Assembly (NCBI GenBank): GCA_965153285.1
Contig: OZ229121.1
Length of the DNA stretch: 64,000 nucleotides
From: Podarcis tiliguerta
Taxonomy: Eukaryota
Reading direction: 5' to 3' (one strand)
The notes beneath the pieces are model-generated. The model saw only the letters and a program-made list of their open reading frames with translations. It made no database searches and was not told the origin of the DNA. Position 1 is the stretch's first letter. Each line of letters starts with the position of its first letter. Made by a program: the position numbers and the translations under genes. Positions 24,068-34,978 of this stretch are shown here, piece after piece.

Positions 24068-24567
24068 TTGCAGATAGGAACCAATAACATTACTCCATTG
24101 TTGTTGATGTTGTTGTTGTTGTTATTGTTTGGCTGGCGGTGTTTTATTTTTTAAAAGTCCAGCGATACCTACCTTGCGCTTTTCAGAAAATAAATTGGGC
24201 TGTTTTCATCCTGCCTGGAATGTAATTAAAGCTGCGATCCTGAATCCGCTTACATGGGAGTAAGCCACACTGAATTCAATAGGGCTTCCTTCTGAGTAGG
24301 CATAGTAAGAATTGCACCGTTAATCAGCGATGCCAATTTGCCTACTAGTATTTGTGATGTACTAATTAGTGTGAATGTGGCAGACATTTTAATGAACTTT
24401 GGGGTGTGTAGGGTCAGGCATTCGTGGGCTTTAATTCATTTTTATTTTCATAATGCATTTTTATAGCATCTACTCAAGTGTACGCTGCTGTCAAACAGTC
24501 TGGTATTCAAATAATTTGCATCTAAGGTGATCTCCAAGGAAAAGACAACATCCATATTCTTACTCTA

Positions 24568-24930
24568 AAGGTAAAGGTAAAGGTACCCCTGCCCGTACGG
24601 GCCAGTCTTGCCAGACTCTAGGGTTGTATGCCCATCTCACTCAAGAGGCCGGGGGCCAGCGCTGTCCGAAGACACTTCCGGGTCACGTGGCCAGCGTGAC
24701 ATCGCTGCTCTGGCGAGCCAGAGCCGCACACGGAAACGCCGTTTACCTTCCCGCTGGTAAGCGGTCCCTATTTATCTACTTGCACCTGGGAGTGCTTTCG
24801 AACTGCTAGGTTGGCAGGCGCTGGGACCGAACAACGGGAGCGCACCCCGCCGCGGGGATTCGAACCGCCGACCTTTCGATCTGCAAGCCCTAGGCGCTGA
24901 GGCTTTTACCCACTGTGCCACCCGCGTCCC
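24568..24930 (-). mobile_element. Sauria SINE, full length
   Basis: GGGACGCGGGTGGC 5' end and (ACCTTT)n tail on the minus strand. TSD ATTCTTACTCTA (24556-24567/24931-24942). Confidence 0.93.
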
Positions 24931-25838
24931 ATTCTTACTCTATTTTGCCCTTAAAACAAACTGTGAGGCTAGGTAAAGCTGAGATAGAACAACATACCCA
25001 AGCCATCAAAGCCACCTAGATGGAGTGCCCGAACCCAGGACTCTCTTAATCAAGACAAAAAATACTATCCATTAGAAATATCTGGGTGCTAACCAGGTTG
25101 AGTCCAGTCTTTTGCAGCAGTTCTGGCCATGGCTTGGAAATGCTGGTCACCCTCCGATCCCTTTAAAACCTTCCATGGACCTGCAGATCTGAGGGCATCT
25201 CTCCTGGTAGGAAGGGCTTGTTGCAAAACCAGGAAATGAGAACTAGTTCTCATAAGGAGCAAATATGTTGGCAATATACCACTTTCTGGGCAGACAGCAG
25301 GCGAGCCCAGAAATCTGGCAGGAATGAAGCTCGTCTAGAAACCACCTCCCCAGGTGCTAGTTTTCAGAGAATATTTTGCGTGGAGGAGGAACTCCGTCAT
25401 GTGGGTTCCGTTGTCCAGACATCACCTCATTTACCGCATGTGGGAATGAGGCCTCAGAGTGGGGTTTGTTTGTTTGTTTGTTTGTTTTTTAAAGCTCTCT
25501 CTTGTTTTTATTGTTGCCATCTTCAATTTTAACTGCTTTTTAAAATGGTTTTGGATACCCCGGACAAGGGACAGGGTAGCTTATAAATGCATAAACAAAC
25601 AGATCTTTTGTTGGCATCTGTCTGGATGAAGTCAAACTGCATAGTGACCTCTCTGGGGGACAAGCCTAGGCAGCGTATATGGAGGTCCTCGGCTGCCCAG
25701 ACGACAAGGCCACCCTCCCATCCTTGCTAATGTCGTCCAAAGGAAAGCAGAGCACAAATGCAGGATTTGCTGGAAGGAGCCGTACAAGGCGCCATCCAAC
25801 CATCTTAGAGTCTCCACTCCAGATCTGTGTAGCATTTA

Positions 25839-26054
25839 CAGTGGTACCTCGGGTTACAGACGCTTCAGGTTACAGGTGCTTCAGGTTACAGACTCCGCTA
25901 ACCCAGAAATAGTACCTCGGGTTAAGAACTTTGCTTCAGGATAAGAACAGAAATTGTGTGGCGGCAGCTAAAGTGGTACCTCGGGTTAAGAACAGTTTCA
26001 GGTTTAAGAACGGACCTCCAGAACAAATTAAGTTCTTAACCCGAGGTACCACTG
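25839..26054 (+). mobile_element. Tc1/mariner (Tigger-like) MITE
   Basis: TIR CAGTGGTACCTCGGGTTA / TAACCCGAGGTACCACTG with TA TSD on both sides. Confidence 0.92.
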
Positions 26055-26155
26055 TACTCTTTAGATGTTACTTCTCCTGAAGATGTTCCGCAAGGCAGTC
26101 AGTACAGATTTTTCCTCAGGGTTTACTCCCAACGCCTTTCTCTCACAAATGAGTA

Positions 26156-26397
26156 CAGTGGTACCTCGGGTTAAGAACTTAATTCATTCTGGAGGTCCAT
26201 TCTTAACCTGAAACTGTTCTTAACCTGAGGTACCACTTTAGCTAATAGGGCCTCCTGCTGCTGCCGCACCGCCAGAGCACGATTTCTGTTCTCATCCTGA
26301 AGCAAAGTTCTTAACCTGAGGTACTATTTCTGGGTTTGCGGAGTCTGTAACCTGAAGCGTCTGTAACCTGAAGCATCTGTAACCCGAGGTATCACTG
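26156..26397 (-). mobile_element. Tc1/mariner (Tigger-like) MITE, same family, inverted orientation
   Basis: Same TIRs and TA TSD. The internal sequence is the reverse complement of the 25839 and 51010 copies. Confidence 0.92.
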
Positions 26398-27817
26398 TAT
26401 AGATACATCCTCAAAAATGGTACCATGTATGTACCTTGTGCTGTTTTCACAGAAGGATTTCCAGGGAAACTGTGTCAAAATGCATGGAAGCTTTTATCCT
26501 GCCTCTGATACCAAAAAAGGCAAATCAGATGCAAGGGGTCGGCCACACAAAGCAGCTGGGAGGTGAGGAAAGAAGGCCACTAGGAATGGCTAACCTGTGG
26601 CCCCCTCAGTGTCAATGGACTACAACTCCCAGCATTCCTCTCAGTTTTGCTGTCTGCGACTGATAAGAGTTGGAAGCCAACAGCACCTCTAGGGACACAG
26701 GTTAGAAGCTCCTGCTATGCACACTTAGGTGGGAGCAGACTTGCATAGGATTGCGCTATAAGACTGTCTCTGCCAAGTGTCTAAGCAGAACAGTTTCAGG
26801 CTGATATATATTTGTAAATACGGAGGGTTTTTTAATATTTTTTTTAACAGCCCTATCATAAAACAATTAAAAAGAAAAGCCCCCCAAGTGTTACCATGAC
26901 TAAACCCAAGCTATCAAACAACTTAGTCCTGTCAGTTAGGATGAAATTTATGACAATTACACACAGTCAATTTATTATCACACATTATTAGCATGCATTA
27001 AATGAACATACGGCTTCTGCCTGACCCCCAGGGCACCCCCAGAGGTACAAGGCTCATTGAAATAAATGAGATTTATGTTAGCACAGTATTTGAAGAGGAG
27101 ACAATCATTCATTAGGAAGACTGGGAAAGGGCGAGAACCTGCACAGAGAGACAGATTTTAAAATAAATAAATAAGCGATCAAGGCTATCAAAGAGCTGAG
27201 TTATTTTCCTTGCGGTGACTTGCCCCCAATACTTGGCAATGCCCTTTCATAGCAAAGAGGCTGCAACATTTGCAAGTCCCCGTCTGATATTCATACTGTG
27301 TGTGAAATTGTGATGGAAGCCCTGCTGTGCTTATTGTTTTATTGGGGCTCCATATTAACCAATAGAGACATGTTTCTTGAATTTGTCTTTTTCACAGTTA
27401 CTGTGCACAGATTCTAACAATGCCATAGCTCGTTGGCCCCTCATTACTTGACCTCATCAGAAAATTTGTCTGGGAGAGTCAAGAGCAGGAGGAAAGAGGG
27501 GGTGATAGAGACAGAGAGTGGGGGAATTGCTGGGCAGCAGGAAATTGTGGGGGGATATTTGCTTGGGCTTAGTTTCTTAGACCAAACACTCTTTTCAAAA
27601 GGGTGACTCTTCTGATGTTTTGCAGTTTGGGACCCCCTTGCAGTTTCATGGTTATGGTTTGTGTAGCTAATGTATATAAAGGCTGGTTGAAAGTCACTTA
27701 TTACTTCTTCCAATTACCTGTCTCAGGACCAAACTACACTGTGACATTAAATGTCTTTGCACTGAATACATAGGTTTTTTTTAAAAGCAAATTGTGTCAG
27801 CTGATGGTGCTGATAAT

Positions 27818-28293
27818 TAGAATCATAGAATCATAGAGTTGGAAGAGACCACAAGGGCCATCGAGTCCAACCCCCTGCCAAGCAGGAAACACCATCAGAG
27901 CACTCCTGACATATGGTTGTCAAGCCTCTGCTTAAAGACCTCCAAAGAAGGAGACTCCACCACACTCCTTGGCAGCAAATTCCACTGTCGAACAGCTCTT
28001 ACTGTCAGGAAGTTCTTCCTAATGTTTAGGTCGAATCTTCTTTCTTGTAGTTTGGATCCATTGCTCCGTGTCCGCTTCTCTGGAGCAGCAGAAAACAACC
28101 TTTCTCCCTCCTCCATGTGACATCCCTTCATATATTTGAACATGGCTATCATATCACCCCTTAACCTCCTCTTCTCCAGGCTAAACATGCCCAGCTCCCT
28201 TAGCCGTTCCTCATAAGGCATCGTTTCCAGGCCTTTGACCATTTTGGTTGCCCTCCTCTGGACACGTTCCAGTTTGTCAGTGTCCTTCTTGAA
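27818..28293 (-). mobile_element. CR1 LINE 3' end (young, 5'-truncated)
   Basis: ORF 27895-28242 ([23 protein letters not shown]...[22 protein letters not shown]) is the CR1 ORF2 C-terminus. The tail is (ATTCTATG)n. Confidence 0.93.
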
Positions 28294-28974
28294 CAGTGTC
28301 CTTCTTAATTAAGAGGATGAGAGAGGAATGGAGAGGGAAGTTAACCCTTTCCTACCCTGCTGCATTTCAAGAGAAAGTCCATCTTCTGATTTACTTTCCT
28401 CCTTATGCAAAGACTGCTTCTGGCTCCACAAGTGGCCCAGAGTCTGTCTGGGGAATTAAAGACGCACAGCATGACTTTCAGGGGCTTCACTCTGGCAGTG
28501 GCATGCCCACTGTGAATTTAAAGCACACCTGAAGAAACTGTCAGTGTGGCTGTGGGGTCTCTGACCTGTGCCTGACACTCTGGCTGAAGAGGTGTCACTG
28601 CCTTAATCCCTTGATCGGATACCGATCCAAAATTTGTATGGTCACTTCCGATTCAGATGTTAACGGAGAAACACAGTTGGGTGCCATCACCACTTCTAAC
28701 AGCTTCATAAGGATGTTGAACAGCACCTCATGCCTCACCTGCCAAGGCTTTGGCCTCACAGTGAAATGGTGAAATGCAGGAACCTATTGACATAGTCGTT
28801 TCTGATGGTGCTCTCCAGTGCTGTGAAGTCTGCAGTTCCTCCTGGTATTTTAGGGAGCTGTGTGTGGTGTAGCAGGCTGGACAACATCTAGAGCACATGG
28901 GTGGTGTAGAACTCGCTCCCAGGCTGGCGGAACACAGGTCAGGGCTCTCCGGCCCCCTGCTGTTTATGCCATGG

Positions 28975-29400
28975 GGAACAATTTTGTCCCCAATGCTATC
29001 CAACAGCTATATGAAGCTACTGGGAACAGTCATTAAGAGTTTGGGGTGATACCCAAACTCTATTTCTCCATTACAGCCGAGTTAGGAGAAGGCCTGGAAT
29101 GCTGCCTGGATGCAGTGGTGGACTAGACAAGCATCAATAATTCACAAGCCCCCCCAATAACTTAGGCCCAAAGTAACTTAACAATAGTCTGGTGACTTAT
29201 ATTACATGTCGATCACTAAGATCCTGGGATGGGGCACTTCTAGTGGTTCCATGCCTTCACTAGGGACTGAGCCTTTAGTCTGGCAGGCCATGCCCTGCAG
29301 AACTACCTGCCAATGGAGGTTCAGCAGAAACTATCTATGCCTTCTTTCCCACGTCACCTGAAAGATACCATTTAGACTGGCCTTCACAATATCAACTTCT
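28975..29400 (+). mobile_element. Degraded L2 LINE fragments
   Basis: TTGTCCCCAATGCTATCCAACAGCTATATGAAGCTACTGGG translates to an LSPML(F)N(I)YMK(P)LG-like L2 RT motif, followed by degenerate 3' ORF sequence. Confidence 0.6.
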
Positions 29401-29586
29401 CTCAGTATCTACTGATGTTTTATTGATGCTTTTAATTATGGATGTCTATTGACTAATCTTATAGAATCACAGAATTGTAGAGTTGGAAGGGACCCTGAGG
29501 GTCATCTAGTCCAATTCCCCCCCCCCCACACACATATATAGTGAGCTGTCTTGATGTACTTGATTGCATCTAAAATAGTGAAGCTA

Positions 29587-29953
29587 GGGACTGGTGGCAC
29601 TGTGGTCTAAACCACTGAGCCTCTTGGGCTTGCTGATCAGAAGGTTGGCAGTTTGAATCCACTCAACGGTGGTGAGCTCCCATTGCTCTGTCCAAGCTCC
29701 TGCTAACCTAGCACTTCAAAAGCACATCCGTGCAAGTAGATAAATAGGTAGCACTGCGGCGGGGAGGTAGACAGCGTTTCTGTGCGCTCTGATTTCCATC
29801 ACAGTGTTCCATTGCACCAGAAGTGGTTTAGTCATGCTGGCCACATGATTTGGAAAGCTGTCTGTGGACAAAGGCCAACTCCCTAGGCCTGAAAGCGAGA
29901 TGAGCGCTGCACCCCATAGTCACCCCATAGTCTAGGGGTCCTTTACCTTTACC
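29587..29953 (+). mobile_element. Sauria SINE (older, diverged)
   Basis: GGTGGCACTGTGGTCTAAACCACTGAGC head and GGGGTCCTTTACCTTTACC tail. Confidence 0.88.
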
Positions 29954-29959
29954 ACAGTG

Positions 29960-30115
29960 AAACCACATGCCTTCATCTGCTCCAGGTGCAACAAAACACA
30001 TCTTTCCTGCATTGGTGTCTACAGCCACAACAGGCGCTATAACTCTCCAATGATTTGGCGTCACCCCTGATGGCACACTCTTCTATTGTCTCTCGAGACA
30101 AACGGATGTCAACAA
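29960..30115 (+). mobile_element. RTE-clade LINE 3' terminal fragment
   Basis: Homologous to 39560-39700 (GCCTTCATCTG...GGTCTCTAxxGCCACAxCAGGCGCT...AACTCTCCAATG...CACCCCTGATGGCAC...ATTGTCTCxCGAGACA). Confidence 0.65.
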
Positions 30116-31252
30116 AAAAATTTTAATAATGAATAAATAAACTTCCATGGGGCTGAGTTTTAACCACTCCGCAAATGCCATTTTCTGAAATGAACCTTAG
30201 CAAGAGTGGAGACACTGAAAGACATTGCTTCCAGCTGCCAACTGACAGAGCTGTTCTAGGAGGATACCGTGGTCAATGGTATAAATGGCACTGTCAAACA
30301 GTGCAAGAACAACAGAGCTGCACTCTTCCATCCCTCTGTTGGCTAAAACTGATTCATTCTCATAACCAAGTCTTAACCCAGAATGCTATGAGTCTACATA
30401 ATCAGTTTCCTCCAGGCGGGTCTGAAGCTCCACCACCCCTTGAGCACTTTCCCCAGAAACAAGGTATTTTTGAGTGGGCTGCAATACTAGTGCTTAGAAA
30501 GGGGCAAAGCCAGCTTGTTCAACACTATTCCTATCCTGGTCACAGTCCTAATCAGCTCTCATTGGGATGACATTGTTTAAAAACGTCTTTTCCTGACTGT
30601 GAATCTGTCCAGTCAAGGGACACCTCATCAACATGATGACATCCCACCACCATGCAGCCGGCTATGGGGTGGGGTGGGGGGGAATCATGGAACCAATCCA
30701 AGAGCGAGGGCTGGAAGAACTGCCCTTAATCTGAAAGGGTTCACACTCTTGCCCCAGTTCCCTTGGTGAAAAGTTTGGCAACAGGCAGCTTGCAAAAACT
30801 TTCACAAAAAGCAATCACTTTTCCCCTTAGCCTTAGATGAAATGTCCAAAAATCATCAGGGGTCCATAGAACTCACCAAAGCTGAAATTTGCAAGAACAA
30901 CTTTAAGCATCACTGCAGAAATAATTACAGGTGTTTTTTCTCTCTGTTTCAATGTATGAAAGAGCTTGCAGAGCTTGTTTGAGATATTACAAAACTCTTA
31001 CATAAAAGGCACATTGCTGGAATTACCCTGCATCCTACATGTAGATCATCATGTGCACTGCTGGCACCCATGACATATTTTTTTTGTTATTGTTTGACAT
31101 TAAGCATATATGTCATGGAACCTGAAGACAGAACACGTCAATGAGGAATCACATTCTGCAACGAAGCTCATGTTATTTATTTCCAACCAAAAAGGGGGCA
31201 TTTTCTCATCTTTGGAGTAGCTTTCCTGCAGATTGCACCAATTGACTTGTGT

Positions 31253-31330
31253 TGCAATCCTACCCACTTACTTGGGAGTAAGTCCCATTGAATTCAATAG
31301 GATTTACCTCTGAGTAGATTGGTTTGGATT
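31253..31330. repeat. Short palindromic interspersed repeat (probable ancient non-autonomous DNA transposon)
   Basis: Core ACTTACTTGGGAGTAAGTCCCATTGAATTCAATAGGATTTACCTCTGAGTA. Similar copies at ~1115-1185, 19672-19758, 24230-24316 and 47450-47515. Confidence 0.7.
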
Positions 31331-34300
31331 ATTATCACTGTAGGAATACGTGATTGGACTATCTTGGACATAGGGATGCAGAAATAGGGGAAGAAAGAGG
31401 GTTATGCACAAGGATTGTGGGAATAGATTGGAACAAACTGGGATTTATTGTCTACAGTTTGAGATGCTGGAATTTGGAGTATTTGGTGATGGCTGGAGGG
31501 AAGAGAAGTTGAGGATACCTGAATAGTCGTGATGGTGTAGCACTGAAATCACATAATATATGGAAATATTGGGAATAGTCTGGTTTCTGTGCACATGGGA
31601 GCTTGAAGGAGTTAGATACAGAAATTTATTAAAATGACAAAGTTTAAATTCCAAACACCTATAAGAATTAAACAGCAACATGGGGAAAGCAGCCAGCTAT
31701 CACATACACCGCATGAATCCATAGGTGCATCTAGAGTGTGGCTTGAAAGGCTGGGAAGAGTATCAAAATTGAAAATTGGTTTTCATTAGACGAGAACATA
31801 AACCTTTTTTAAAAGGAGACAAAGAGGCTCAATTTGTATATGATAATACTAAGCTGCAAAACTGGCTCTTCTAAGCCTTTGAACTAGTGGTGAGTTCCAC
31901 AACATACTCATTAATCACTCCTTTAATTGAGCACCACCTAAAAGCTCACCATATATGGTAGTGAAAAGAGCCAATTTCATGATTAAGCACATAAACAAAT
32001 AAAAGGCCCCACCATTTAACAAATATGTTACTATTTTCGGTTCTTTCTTTCCTCAGCAAAACTCACGAGAAAGTTGTCTCTTCACTCACTTCTCATGGCA
32101 CCTGATGACTTTTATCCTGGTGTTTCTCTGAGTATAAGAGGAACAAAACTGCTGATGTTTGAAGTTTTTTAAAAAACTTTTATATTGAGCCAATCTCCAT
32201 CCATCAACCATATTCTCCTTCTGTAGCATCTTATGCCAGAATCTGGTGTCTCCAACATTTTTCTTTTTCCAAACACCCCCTTTATGGTTCTGTTGAGGGA
32301 TTTATTTCATCCTATTCCCGTAACTATGAATTAGTACTTCTCTGAAACTGTCCAGAGAAATCCATCCCTACTTCTGTCCTTCTGATCTTCTGAAATGGAT
32401 TCTGACTGGAAGATTGGATCCCTCGTGACATTTGTCATGTATATTGCATTGCATGTATGCATATTTACTTTAATATCAACTACTGAGTAGCAGCTCCAAC
32501 ATTGAGCTCCAAGGAAGGAGTTTCAGAAAGTTCAGACATTCCAACAGACACAGTACCTCCATCTGAAGAGGACTCCCATGTAGGGGGTGGCTGCTGAAAC
32601 AATGACCTGAATGAGCAGCTTGAGACCTCTGCAAAGACCTCTTCTCAACTGCCCATGACTCTAAGCTCCTCTGTAATTCATTGCCTGCTATAATCAGCAG
32701 TTCTTGTGAACCACCCTGAGATCTTTTGATGAAGGTTGGTATATAAATCAAATAAATATAAATAAAATAAAAGCTACAAAGCACCACAGACTTCAGGTCA
32801 AAGTACAGAGCTTTTATGCCCTTTGCACTGATGGCTTGGCACAGTCATCAGGCCCCACCCCTAGATTTCAGCTATGCTCTGTGGAGCAAGTTGTCTGCTT
32901 CTTCTTTGAGCTACCTAAGACCTGGTAGATCCTCTGTTTGACCTAAAGCTCTTTCTCTCCCGGTGCTTTCCCCCTTTAGTCTGCCCCCCATATGCCTCTT
33001 TGCTCCAACTTGCCTTTCATCTGCCCACATACACCTCCAAGTCTCAGTGGACCATGTGCAGCACGAACTGGACACCAGTGGAGACCAGTCCATTAGGGTG
33101 AATGGGAAACAAGCCTCAGGTGGCCCTCAGCTAGCCCCTATCTCCCTGCTTTACTAGCAACCAGTCCAAGAGGTAACCCTGCCCATAAGCTTCCTTCCTT
33201 CTTAGTGTTGCCCTAGAAGAACTCAGCAGGGGAAAGGATGCGTACAAAACTATAATTAGTTGTCTCTGGCCCCATCTACTGTTGGTCTTCCTGCCTTCCA
33301 TCAGTCCCAAAGGGCATCAAGTGCAACATGGGATACCGTAGTTACAAATAAGATTTATAAAGAAGATGAAGGAGAAAAAAGATATTGTGAGGACAGAACA
33401 TGGTAGAACTATGAAACAATAGACCAGATTTTCAGGGTTGTTCATGCCATCACATTAATTAATGCTTTGAGGGTGTCATCTGTCTTCTACCACTGTTGCC
33501 ACAATCCCAACTAGCACCAATATTTTTGTACACAACCTTCTTGCCTCGTTTGGATGTCATAATATCAGCTTAGGGCCAACACAATATAGCAGACATAGTT
33601 CAATGGTCGCCATACTCCCCCAGCCCCGAAGAACACCTAACATTTATACAAGTTTATCTTCAGTACTTTAATATCCTCCCCATTCTTCACACCCCATTTC
33701 TAAGGTGTAGAATCTTGGAAACAGAACTTTTAATATTTCTTCCTCAACATTTTACCACTTTATGGTGTCAGCTGCTGTGACTGCTTTCGGTATTATTATG
33801 ATCTTTTCTCTGAGGAATTAATACTTACTTTCATCACATCCCACTTTGATTACCTGCACGCAGAAGATGTTTAGGGCCTTCTAAAACCACCTGTTTCTAA
33901 CCTCAAGGGGATTTCTAACTCTACTGCCAAGTTAATTCCTCTTACTGTAGAAGAAGTGTATTATCCTTCCTTCTCCCATTCAATTCCTTGTCAGCATCAC
34001 CAGCTTTTTACTGCTCTTGGCATTTAAAGTATACTAGCATCTTCTGCAGACACTCACAAATCTCATTGGGCTGAGTCACATTCTGCCTTCCAATGCCACT
34101 TTAAGAACTTCCACTTATATTCATCTTAGTATTTATATTCTCTCTTCTTCTGTCAATACTAGAAACACTGCCTGACAAAATCATACCACTGCTGATTTTT
34201 TAGTAGCATTGTAAAGAATTGCCCATATACATCTCTGCTTTTTTAAGAAAGAAGAGAACTATGTAGTTTGCACCTCTTGTCACCTATCTAGAACTTATAA

Positions 34301-34646
34301 GAATAGGATGTGTTAAATATGAAAATATGTGCTTGGGTCCTACTAATGGCATCCAAATGTATTTATTTATTAACAGTATGCAGTATATGTGGCCTAATAA
34401 CTAAGTTCTTTGGGTATCCTGCAATAACACAATTGTAAATCCATGGTGATAAGGAACCCTTCCCCATTGCTTGTTTCAAGAACTTGAGTTGAAAGTAACA
34501 ACAAGAACAACTTGACAATAATTATTGTGTGGTTTGAAGTTTATATCCAACAGACCTTTGCGATCGCTAATACTTCAGCAATATTGTTGTTCACAATGAA
34601 AACATTCACAATTCCAAAATGTTAAGTACTAAGTAGGCTACTAAGT

Positions 34647-34978
34647 GGGATGCGGGTGGCACTGTGGTCTAAACCACTGAGCCTAGGGCTTGCCGATCGG
34701 AAGGTCGGCGGTTCAAATCCCCGTGATGGGGTGAGCTCCCGTTGCTCAGTCCCTGGTCCTGCCCACCTAGCAGTTCAAAAGCATGTCAAAGTGCAAGTAG
34801 ATAAATAGGTACCACTCTGGCGGGAAGGTAAACGGTGTTTCCGTGCGCTGCTCTGGTTTCACCAGAAGCGGATTAGTCATGCTGGCCACATGATGCAGAA
34901 AAACTTTCTGCTGACAAACGTCGTATCCCTTGGCCAGTTAAGCCGCAACCCCAGAGTTGTTCAGGGGTCCTTTACCTT
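34647..34978 (+). mobile_element. Sauria SINE, full length
   Basis: GGGATGCGGGTGGC head and CCTTTACCTT tail. 13-bp TSD TAGGCTACTAAGT (34634-34646/34979-34991). Confidence 0.93.
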
